Source of the DNA: Trichodelitschia bisporula
Lineage: Eukaryota
NCBI GenBank assembly: GCA_010356995.1
Contig: ML996692.1
Span: 1,306,205-1,370,204, forward strand
Direction of reading: 5' to 3'
Length of the DNA: 64,000 nt
A program made the translations under genes and the position numbers. Below, in pieces: positions 11,254-22,136 of this stretch. The notes below the pieces were generated by a model. That model did no database searches. It had not been told where the DNA came from and saw only the letters and a program-made list of their open reading frames with translations. The first letter of the stretch is position 1. Every line of letters starts with the position of its first letter.

Positions 11254-12303
11254 ATGACCTCCTGGCTCTCCAAGCACCGCAAGGCGGACCTGCAGCAACT
11301 GGCCCTGCACGCCGGCCTCGATGAGTCCGTCAAACCCCCCCCCACCTTACCCCGCCCGCCCGCTAACCTCTCGTAGCCCAGAGTCCCTCCTAAAGGACGA
11401 CCTCGTCCTCGCGCTGGACAAGCACCTGCGCGGCCACGCGTCCACCCTCTCCACCAACCCGATCTTCAGCGATTACTACGGGCGCAGCGGGTCGCCGACG
11501 AAGCGCGCGCCCAGCGTGGCTCTCAGCGCGATCACCGGCGCGGAAGCGGATAAGCCACGCCGCCGCCGCACGCTCAAGGTCAAGGAGGAGCTGGACAACG
11601 CGTTGTGTGTAGCACCTTTACCCGATATTCTCGTAGCTAACTTTGTAGAAGCTCCGAGTCGCCCCCGCTGACGTCGACGCCGAGCATCGCGCGCCGCATC
11701 CCCCTCCCCCCCTCGCCCGCCGCTGTTGCAGATGCAGTGGAGCAGCAGACCGCGCGTCTGGGCAATCACCTCTCGGGCCTGTGGGTGCGGTCGCCGGTCC
11801 CGGGCGCGGTAAATGGGCTGCGCGAGGTGCTCAGCAGCGTCGTGGGGATCGAGTCCGTGGTCGTGCTGCTCGAGGTGCTGGGGCTGTACCGCGCGCTCGT
11901 GCCGTGGCGCTTCGCCTTCGACATCCCCGCCGTGGCCGGGTACGGCGGGTGGCAGGTGTTCCTGCCCGATCTGTTCGTCCTCGTGACTTCCGCCTTCTGG
12001 GCACCGGTTTTGCTCTGGGCGAGTACCAGCCTGGCGGGCCCGCTTATTGCTGGATGGTTTTTCAATCTGGGGCGGGCGGGCGCGCCGAGTAAGGCGTACA
12101 AGGTTGATCCACTGGCGTTCAATGTTGCGAAAGCGTTAGCGACGTGGCTGGTGTATGCGCGTGGTGGCCGCATCTGGGGCCTTGTGAGTGATCAGAGTGC
12201 GGCGGTGGTTGAGATTGCGGTGCCTGGGGGTTGGAGTGGGGTTGTTACGGGGGCGGGGGTGGGGGCTGTGGGGAGTGTGTATGAGGCGATTTTGCGGAAG
12301 TAG
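11254..12303 (+). CDS. Fungal membrane protein of unknown function
   Basis: ATG 11254; introns 11325-11376 and 11605-11648 give one continuous frame: 'MTSWLSKHRKADLQQLALHAGLDDPESLLKDDLVLALDKHL...IPLPPSPAAVADAVE...PDLFVL...VDPLAFNVAKAL...YEAILRK'; hydrophobic C-terminal half. Confidence 0.82.
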
Positions 12304-13096
12304 GGGGCGAGGATTGGATGATCTGGCGGGGCTTATGGTGCTTGTTTGTGTTTTTGCTTGTCTCTCTTGTTCTTTACCTTCGGCGGAGTTTGTATGGGCG
12401 GCGAGGGAGGATGTGGGGATGGATGGTGGTGTGGCGTTGCGGCGTGATGGTATGCCGGGACGGCTTTGTTAGGGGCTGGATGGGATGGAATTTGTGTAGT
12501 TTTGCAAATTGATGTGCTTTTCGCTGACGGTGATGCTTCGGATGCTTGCTGGCGATCGTCTATGCTTGACAGACGGGTGCAAATGTGTCCGGACACTTTC
12601 TTCTCTCAATCGGAAGACATTAGGGCCTCCCCTTATCATGCAGAATATGCGGGTGATCATCATCAGGGGCATTGGGCGTGTAGTTCTAAACGTTTCATCC
12701 CCAAGTATGATTTATGCTCTCAGCCCGCAAAGCTTCGAGGTTGATATCAGGCACCCCCCCAAGCTCCCACGAAGCTAATGCCGATGACGTCTACGCAAAT
12801 TGACCTCGCAAAGCCTCAGCCTCGCCAGACAAGCGCTTAATAAAAAAGTCCACAGCCTCAATTGGACATGTTTTCAGACATTTGCTCTCTCAATCGCTAT
12901 AAGCCGTCCCTCTATCAAGCTCCCATGTGGCGGTGCCAAGTTCGAGCTTAAGTGGCGGGAGCTCCCAAGCGGGGCTCTGCCTTGTTTTACGGTACCGTAG
13001 CAGCCTTCCAACCTCGCAACCTCACCTCACCTCTCCTCTTCCGCCTCCCCCCACCTCTCCTCTTCCGCCTCCCCCATTCCTCCATCATAACACACA

Positions 13097-15046
13097 ATGG
13101 CACGCTGGTGGTGGCAAGGCCGCGGCCAGGAACTGAGTGCCTCAGTACACGACCACCTCGAAGCGCGTAAGACACCCACCCCCCCCCTCTCCCCCCCGAA
13201 GCTAACCCGCAGTCCTCCCCCACGACCCCCCCATCGCGCAACCCGTCCCCCCAAAAGCCGTCACCATCGTCGCACTGCGCCTCAAATACCAACTCGAAGC
13301 CGTAATCCCCTGCGAACTGCCGATTGACGAAATCACGCGGTCCCACAGCCACATCATCACGAAATATGTAGTCAAGACAGCAGCGAACGCCGGGGGCGAC
13401 GAGCACCGCGCCTGCGTTGTCTTCGCCCTCCTCATCGTCAAGAAATGGTTCAAAGCGCAAGCGGGCCGCGAGTTGTGGGATGCGGATGTGCACAACGCGC
13501 GCGCGACGGCGTGCGAGGTGATTGCGAAGCAGATTATCGAGACGGAGGATGATATGGCCTATCTGCTGGGTGAGGTGCTGCTGAAGCGGTATAGCATAGT
13601 GGAGGGGGGAGAGGATACGAAGCCGGCGAATGTGGTGGAGCGGGCGGTGGACCTGCATGCGTTGACCGTGATCGGGAGCAGCGGATATCAGAAGTGCATT
13701 TCGCATTTGTGGCGCGGGTGGTTGGTGCAGGATGGGGATGATCCGAGTCGGTTTGTGGATTATAGGAAGAAGGTGGATACGAGATTTTGGGCGCATTTTG
13801 ATCCGGACAGGATGAGGGTGCCGCGGTATCAGAATATGGTGCAGATTCTGATGAGCCTCATCTACCTCGTGCTCTACTCCTTCGCTGTCAACACGATCAA
13901 TCCGACCGGCGACTTGGATATCGTTGAGGGGTTGCTGTACCTCTTTACGCTGGGGTTTGTGTGCGACGAGCTTTCGAAGCTGTGGAAGGTGGGGATTTAC
14001 TACATCAGCTTCTGGAACACGTTCAACAGCACGCTGTACGCGCTGCTCGCTGTGTCTTTTATAACGCGCATGATTGCGCTGTCGCACGACGTGCACTCTG
14101 GACAGCGGAAGCGCTTCAACGAGATGAGCTACAACTTCCTCGCGTTCTCTGCGCCACTTTTCTGGGGCCGGCTCTGTCTGTACCTCGACACGTTCCGCTT
14201 TTTCGGGGTTATGATGGTGGTAATGAAGGTCATGATGCGCGAGTCCATAATCTTCTTCGCCATGTTGTTCATCATCCTGGTTGGCTTTTTGCAGGCCTTT
14301 GTCGGGCTGGATCAGGTGGACAACAACGTCACGGCCGTGTCGTTCGTGGTCAAGAGCATGCTCAACGCCATCATGACGAGCCCCGACTTCGACGGGTTCG
14401 ATAACTACGCGCCGCCCTTTGGACTCATCCTCTATTACCTCTACACCTTCGTGGTGATGGTTGGTGCGTCTCCCCCCTCCCCCCCTTCTGCCTATGCAAG
14501 AACTAACCCCTGACAGTGCTGCTCAACATCCTCATCGCGCTGTACAACAGCGCCTACGCGGACATAACCGACAACGCAGCCGACGAATACATGGCCCTCT
14601 TCGCGCAAAAAACCATGCAATTCGTGCGCGCGCCCGATGAGAACGTCTTTATCGCCCCGTTCAACCTGGTCGAGATTTTTGGACTCGTCATCCCGTTCGA
14701 ATGGTGGATGAGTCGCAAAACCTACGCCCGCGTCAACGACTACGTCATGGCGGGGATTTACTCCCCCCTTTTGCTGGTTACGGCGTTTATGGAGAAGAGA
14801 CAGGCGTTTGCGGTGCATAGTAATAGGAGGAGGGGGGCGGAGGAGGATGATGTTGTGGAGCCGTGGGAGGAGTTGGAGGGAGAGTGCGATTTCAAGGATG
14901 ATGGGTGGGCGGAGAGGGTGGAGGGGAGTAAGCCGAATCTTGAGGTGGGCGCGGCGGTGAGGGAGGTGGGGAAGTTGAGGGATGAGGTTAGGGAGTTGAA
15001 GAAGTTGATTTTGGAGTTGAAGGGTGATGAGAGGGACGGGAATTAG
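13097..15046 (+). CDS. YVC1: Vacuolar TRP-type cation channel (TRPY1)
   Basis: Introns 13167-13212 and 14464-14516; 'YQKCISHLWRGW', 'HFDPDRMRVPRYQN', multi-TM block, 'LLNILIALYNSAY', 'FVRAPDENVFIAPFNLVE', C-terminal coiled coil. Confidence 0.93.
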
Positions 15047-15775
15047 GCTGGCTGGATGGTGTGGTATCTGTGTAATTCTTGTGATATAGCAATGATGGTC
15101 ACGATGAAGATGGGTACGGATATCTCGAGGTACTTTGCACCTGAAGCGCCGTTTTATGCCAAGCTCCATGTGAGGAGAAGTCCGCCAGGGCTGCCGCGCC
15201 TCCCATCTCCGACAAAGGAACCACACTGGAACATTCCGTCGCACAGCGCAAGGCGTGCAGAGCAGATACGGTATGTATGAGGAATGCGTCGTACTGCAGG
15301 GTGGGATGGGCATCGGGCGTTTTACGAGTGGCACTCGCTTATCCCATTCGCTGGTCGTTGGGGAATCTGAATTGCGCGTAAAGGTTGCGAGGGGGTGGAG
15401 TTACGATGAACTTCAGCTGGGGATGATGACGCCTTTGAGTGGATGGATCATCGAGGGCCATTGATCCACTCATACGGAGTAGAAAGCAATTGCCTGGCCT
15501 TCGGGGTTGCGGATTTGGATCTGACACTGGAGCCCACATCCAACCACGCAGCCAACCAACCCATCCGTCACGGAGTCGCCCTCCGGCCCCAACGAACACC
15601 AGGCTGAAGTGCATGAATCAATCATCGAACGCTCAACGAATCCCCTCGCAGCTCATCACGTTACCCTCCCTCCTTGCCCCCAAAAAACGAAATTGCGCCA
15701 AAAAGCGGCGACGCGTCTAAGTAGCGCTGGCGCTTGCGGCTTTTGTTTGGTCTCAGGGGCTTGCCAGCGGGCACG

Positions 15776-15882
15776 GATAAGATCCGCTGTTAATCGTGCC
15801 TATCGTCAGCCTTATCGTTGCTTTTAGATAGTGCGATGTGGAGAGTGGAGACGGATAAGAGCGTCTGGGGGGGGACGATAAT
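15776..15882. promoter_or_regulatory. Cluster of six GATA(A/G) elements upstream of areB
   Basis: GATAAG 15776, CTATC 15800, CTTATC 15811, AGATAG 15826, GATAAG 15854, GATAAT 15877. Confidence 0.6.
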
Positions 15883-16423
15883 CGAAGTCGTGAACTTGGG
15901 AATGTTACGGTGGATGGGTGGGTTGAGATGACGAGTGCTGCAATGCAAGTCGGTCTGCATCTTCTCATAAGATGGAGACGCGCACCGGACACCACGTCGA
16001 CAGCGCAGGCGCTTCAATCCCAGAGAACTGCATCCCTGGCTTGCGTCTGCCCCTTATCCTGCAGGTACGGAGTGGAAGCTTGGGCGATGCATGCGTTTGT
16101 TGCGTGAGCGGGCGCCTTGGGCCATAGCGTCTATGAACAAAAGGGCGCGTGTCTGTCCTTCTCTCCATTCTCTCCAGCAGGATCTCTACTACTGTCGTTG
16201 TACCATACCGTAATCGTAATTTGTATCTTGTTTGACACTCCCTCACTCATTTCGGGAGACCACGCTCGCTTTATACACGCTCGCTTTATACACGCCCGCT
16301 TTGCACACTCGTTTACCCGCTCCCTCACGCCCACTAGCACGCCTAATACTCGACTCCGGTCTAGCTATATACCCTTCTTCAACATCACAGCAAGAGAAGC
16401 GCTCAGCTTCTCCAACCGTCACT

Positions 16424-18097
16424 ACGGCTTCTACCCTCGCAGCACCCTTCCAGCGCCGCGCCGCCTCTCCACACATCCACACCCCAACACCAACATACCA
16501 CCTGCACCCCCCATCCGACGACCGACCTTCCCACCTGCACCTACCATCCGACAACGGGGACCGCCCCTCCCTCCCCGCCCTCGGTCTCTCCATCTCCCGG
16601 CCCTCGTCGACCAGCACGCAGGCCTCGAGCCACTACAGCCAGATCCGGTCCAGCAGTGTGCAATTGCCAGGCCTCTCAGCGCTGGCGAGCATCGCGACGT
16701 CGAGCACCCCGCCGCCTGATCATCCGCGCCATGGTAGTCTGGGGATAGAACATAATGGGTAGGTGGGACAGACGGAAGGGCGGGCAATTGGTACGGTGGT
16801 GTTTGGCGCTGATGGGCGACGGTGTGCTGCTGTGGCGGTATATCACCACCGTCGCGTCGAGGAGCCCAGCACCGTCACACCACTGCTTCTGCCTCGCACT
16901 TCCGTAAAAACTATCTCTTGCTCTAAACTCTAACAACATCGCAGTCTGCACGTGCGCCGCACAGCAAGCATGCCCTTCCCCGTCACACCAAGCGGCGTAA
17001 TCGTAAGCACCGCCACACCGGTACGTCCGCCCCTTCATTTTTCCGAGCCTCCCCACCCCCCCCCCCCCCCCCCCCCCCTGTCGCGCCTTTCCAAAAATCC
17101 TTATCGACAACGAGTCCAAATCGATAACAACCCGCAACCCGCCCCAATCAACCCAGCCTCGCAACGCAAGCAAATCGCCATCATGGCCGCCGCTCTGGCT
17201 AACAACCAGCAGCCCTCGTGTCAAAACTGTGCCACCGGCACCACGCCCCTCTGGCGCCGGGATGAGAACGGGTCGGTGCTGTGTAATGCTTGTGGGCTGT
17301 TTCTGAAGCTGCATGGACGGCCGAGGCCGATTAGTCTTAAGACGGACGTTATTAAGAGTCGGAATCGCGTGAAGACGACCGGGCCGGGGCCGAGGAAGAA
17401 GGTATGTCGCCGCCGCGCAATACGGTGCAGCGAAGCAGTTACTGATGCACTTTTGGGACAGATCACGGCCGGCGACCCCGCGCCCCCCGGACTCCCCGCC
17501 GCGCACCCGGACGCTGCATCCCTCGATCCCGCGCGCCGCGCGCAATTCAAGCCCGGCGAAGGGCGCTCCGCCAGCCCCGTCTCGCGCACCGGCACGCCAG
17601 GCCTCAACGGACACACCAACATCGCGCCGCAGCACATGTTCGACAGCGTATCGCTCAGCGATCCATCCTTCCCCTCGCCCTCGCTGCCACACTTCTCCTT
17701 CCGACACGGCTCGCCGAGCGCCTCCTCCGTCAACGGCGCACACCTCGAACCGCCGCCCACGTACGAGGGTCTGCTCGCCCAGGCAACCGGGCTCAAGACG
17801 CGGGTTAGCGAGCTCGAGGTTATCAACGACCTCTTCCGGGGCCGGGTTACGGAGTTGGAGGTTAGTCAGGCGGAGGCGCGGCGGGCGGAGAGTGGGCTAA
17901 GGATTGAGCGGAAGGAGGCGGCGATGCGGGAGATGGAGCTTAAGAGGAGGGTTGAGGAGCTGGAGGCGGAGGTGGCGGAGTATAGGGCGGAGGGGCCAGC
18001 GAGGAAGAGGTTGAGGGTTGAGGACTTTGTGAGGGATGGGAGTCGGAGTCGGGGGAGCTCGCCGGGGTCGGGGTCGGGGTCTACGCATAGTGTCTAG
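16424..18097 (+). CDS. areB: GATA zinc-finger/leucine-zipper regulator AreB/Asd-4 (Dal80-like). Short form starts at ATG 17183; long form proposed from a non-AUG start near 16424
   Basis: '[50 protein letters not shown]' and '[19 protein letters not shown]'. Intron 17402-17461. Upstream exons are joined by phase-compatible introns 16759-16944 and 17021-17209. The core call is firm; the 5' extension is inferred. Confidence 0.9.
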
Positions 18098-18322
18098 GCG
18101 GCCTTGCGGAGGATATTCTTTCGAGGGATGGGGATTTGAGCGTTCGAGTGGGGTGCTTAATGGGGGCGTTTGGAGCGTGTGGGCGGGTTTGTGGGCGCGG
18201 ACGCGGCAGTACAGCGCGCTTAATGTCTTGTTACCCCCTGGAAAGGCCTTGTGTACTTTATTCATGAGGTTGTGGCATGGGTCTGGAATAGGTAGAGGCG
18301 GATATCCAAAAGCGATGGCTTC

Positions 18323-18370
18323 TTCTTTGCTTCTTTGCTTCTTTGCTTCTTTGCTTCTTTGCTTCTTTGC
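18323..18370. repeat. Perfect 8-nt tandem repeat (TTCTTTGC)x6
   Basis: Read directly, downstream of areB. Confidence 0.95.
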
Positions 18371-18798
18371 TAAGCGCTCATGAGGCGATGATGGGAGCAA
18401 CTGCTCATTACGTGCGAAGGCAACTGTAAAACCAAAGATTGAAAGACGAAGAGATAAGTATACTCCTTCCTGACCTAACAATGTTCCTTCCATCTCGACA
18501 TCAGACGAGGCCGGGAAATATCGAATCATGTGATACCGTGGCGCGAGCTTCTTGCCAAGCCTTGCTCAAAGCTATGGCCTTGTAACCTCGTGCTTGAGTT
18601 CTACATCTCCATAAACTACGACACCATCTCCACCGACACACGTCGCACCTCGAGAAAGCACCACACTCTAATACACACATCATTGGATTGAACGACACCA
18701 CGAAAGTGCATAAAAGCGTACTGCTAGCTATATCCCGCCGTATATCTCGTGCTCACTGATATATGACAGTACCAACCAGGTCACTTTAACAGGCCGCC

Positions 18799-20832
18799 AT
18801 GGCCACCGATCTCGACGACTGGATCGCGCAGGGCCACCCCGCGGTCGCGGTCCTGGACCCACCACCGCCGAACCACAGCTGCATCGTGCGGCCGATTGAG
18901 TTCCTCACGCAGTGTGAGGTGGACGCCGCCGGGGTGGGGCAACAAGATGCGAAGGAGCGCCTCGAATGCATTGCGCGCATGGATGGGGTGAGGAGGCGGT
19001 TCGGCATGCCGATTACAACGCTAGGCCGCGCGTGCACGTACTTCCTCAAGTACGTGTATGCGGCGGCGCTGGACCCGGGGGTTCGGCCGCATGCTCGCGA
19101 GGCCGTCCCGCTCACCTGCCTGTGGCTCGCGTCCAAGGTGGCCGAGACACCGAAGAAGTCGCGGGAAATCGCGTGTGCGGCGCATAATTTACAGAGGCCG
19201 CAGGAGGAGTGGGCGACGCCCGACCAGGCGATGTTTGAGGAGCAGTCGAGGGCGCTTATTTCCTTTGAGCGGAAGCTCCTGGCTATCCTGGCGTTCGATT
19301 TCGAGTGGCCGGACCCGCTTCGCCTGCTTGTAAGCCTCTGCGCTCAGCTGGATACGCCGGAGATTACCAAGGACACGGCGCTGAAGCTCGTTTCGGACCT
19401 CTTTCGGACAATGGCGCTCGTCATGTATACGCGCCAGGCCATGGCTTGTGCCTGCCTTGAGCTTGCTTACCGGCTGCATGGCAATCATCTTGCGAAGGTG
19501 ACTAGCAAGGAGCTGTATGGTACCCATATGGTGGAGCGGCACGAGGTGCTTGGTATGTTTCTGACGTGTTTCCTCGACTACAAGCTAACCCGGCCAGAAA
19601 CCATGATCGCCCTGATTGAACTCTCCGTCGACGAGCCTAAGCAGCTTGCCGTCGGCAATGCGTTCACCGTCACCCGTTGGGCATCAATCAGCACCGCTGT
19701 GCGCAAGGAGCTTGAGAAGGTAAATCAAGGCCGCCCCAAGCATCACTGCAAGCCAGCCATGCGCACCCCAGCCTCCGACAACAAGACGCCACAGAGCCCA
19801 GATACCATCATGGGTTCGCCGCCCGCCGATCACGAAACATACGAAGAGAAACGCTTCCTCGGTAGACCCGTCAGCCCACCTCCATCCTTCATGTACCGCG
19901 ACGACGACGAAGACCGGCCCTCCGACTTCGTCCGCAGCCCATCGCCAGAAGAATCCGTGACCCGCGTCACGCGCTTCGTGTTCAACCGCGAACGCGCTGA
20001 GGAGGCTGAGCGTGCGATGCAGCCGTTTTATCGGGTATCGCAACAGCGTTATCGTGATACGCGGCTTATCTATGTACCTCAGGTGCGGGAGCCGGAGTCT
20101 GGAGACGTCGTACCTGATGAGGATGTAAGTTTTCCCTTTAGTTTCCGTGACCTTTGTGCTCATGGTGTGTAGCATCGCAGCCCGCGTGGTCGCCATACGA
20201 ACAATCCGGCTCTGCGTCCGCGCAAGCGCTCGCGCTCGGAGTCCCCCACGCTGGACGAGAACTCGCGCTCGAACCGTGGAACCTCGGAAGTGGACCGTGC
20301 CGCTCGGAAGGAGAGCCGCGTGAAGCGTGAGCCGTCCCCGCGCACGGCTTCGCGCCAGTCAACCTACCACCGCGACGAGGCACCGCGCTCTGGTCTTTCC
20401 CGCCGCGAGAGGGATCGCGAGCGGTCGCGTGAGCGTGAGCGGGCTAGAGAGAGGGAGCGGTACCGTGAGGCGGAGAGGCGGGCTGAGAGCCCGCGGGAGC
20501 GGGAGAAGGAGCGGTTGCGCGAGCACGAGAGGGAGAAGGAGAGAGAGAAGGAGAGGGAGCGTGAGAGGGAGAGGGAACGTGAGAGGGAGAGGGAACGTGA
20601 GCGGGAGAGGGATCGCTACGAGCGTGTTGCCCGTGCGACTCGGTCGCCTGGGTATGAGCGGGAAAGGGGTCGTGAGCGGGAGCGTGAACGGGAGCGGGAG
20701 AGGGAGCGGTATGAGCGGGATTATGAGCGTGAGCGGGAGAGAGAGCGGGAGAGAGACCGCGAGCGGGAACGGGAGAGGGAGAGGGAGCGGGAAAGAGCGC
20801 ATCGCCGGGAGTACAGTCCCCGGAGACGCTAA
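18799..20832 (+). CDS. Transcriptional cyclin (CTK2/cyclin K-like) with a long Arg-Glu C-terminal tail
   Basis: Cyclin-box-like 'DGVRRRFGMPITTLGRACTYF', 'CLWLASKVAETPKKSREIACAAHN', 'FERKLLAILAFDF'. Introns 19553-19597 and 20125-20172 put the RE-rich exon in frame; TAA at 20830-20832. Confidence 0.78.
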
Positions 20833-22136
20833 GTCTCTTCGTCTTCGGATGGACTGCTCTTGTTTGGGTTTGACTGGACTAATATCGTGTAGTGCGATGA
20901 TGCTGACCGGAGCTTGCCCAAGATGCTACCTGTGTCCAAATCGGCCATACCCCTACGGATGTTTCTGCTATGAGGGGGAGCGTCACAACGGATGATTCTT
21001 TGGCGGAGGATACTCCAGCGGGGGCTATTGATAGGAGGGAGCCTATGGACACCTCTGCCTAGTTCTTTACATCGGCACACTTCTATGATACCCGGATCGG
21101 CGTTGTGGGCATGATGACGGCGCGACGGGTATTGGAATAGATCGGAATCGTCTAATTTTTTTTAAACGCTGCCCTCGAGTGACTGCGTGCTTGCAATACT
21201 TTGAGGTCCCGCCCTCTATGCGGTCAGTCTCCTGTGGACGAAAGTACATTGATGGAGGCAATTCCATATCACGTGATTTTAGGGTCTTGCAGGAAGTCAA
21301 CAGCGATGATCATGACGCAAGGAGCTGAGCTGTGAGCTGAGCTAGGTTTCACGGAGGACGGAGGCAAAGAATGGTACAGGAGGCATGTGGCGAGTGGGAA
21401 GCGGCTTATCAAGTACCGTGAAATTGCTACGAGGTGTCCCGAAGCGGACAAGCGGTTTCGCCCGCGGTGACTACATCAGCGCGAACCCGTGGACTGGAGT
21501 CAACTGAAGGACCCGCGGCGAGAGCACCGCTCGAGAGACGCGTAAAATGCGGACGGCGTACCAGATATTAAATAGTGGGACGTAGCGGCGAGTTGTGCGG
21601 TGACTGTGGTATCAACGCAGCTGTCCGGATTGGGCATGATATCCAAGGTGCCTCATGCGGAGAGTGACGAGTAAAACGCGGTGTTGATTCGCCGCCAGTC
21701 GGATTTCTCAGCAGATGAGCGACGATGGGTATTGCTAGCATCGCTGTTGTGCGGTAACTAGAGGTGAGAAGCTCGCTAACGAGCCCTGGTCTGCCCGCAC
21801 CACCCATTCTGCTTTCCACTGCCTGCCGCCCTCTTACTACAAAATCTTGCCTGCGCCCACCCCTCCACTCACCCCGCTTCACATAGACAACCCACCACCC
21901 GAACACTACACCACCACTCCGACATCCAAAGCGAAGAGACTATAAGAGTCTCAGCGCTTCCACAGTTCTCACTGCTCGTCCTCGACAACGACCTTGCGAA
22001 CTACCTTCAAGCTTAACCTTTTATCACCCCCACTAGTGTCCTTGCCGGTCGCCCGGGCGGGGTACCTGGTTCTCTGAAAACCCACAGCTTTTCCACAACC
22101 ACCACCCATCTCCAAAACAACCAAACAACCGCCAAA

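Noticed and set aside
15436..15472. 9-bp inverted repeat TGAGTGGAT...ATCCACTCA
   Set aside because: Too short to exceed chance in 64 kb, with no other ncRNA hallmarks.
20327..20995. (GR/GS)n and antisense (LP)n ORFs over the cyclin tail
   Set aside because: Alternative frames of the purine-rich RE repeat.
20833..21000. Branch/acceptor-like ACTAAT...TAG after the cyclin stop, suggesting another exon
   Set aside because: No convincing donor and no protein-like continuation.
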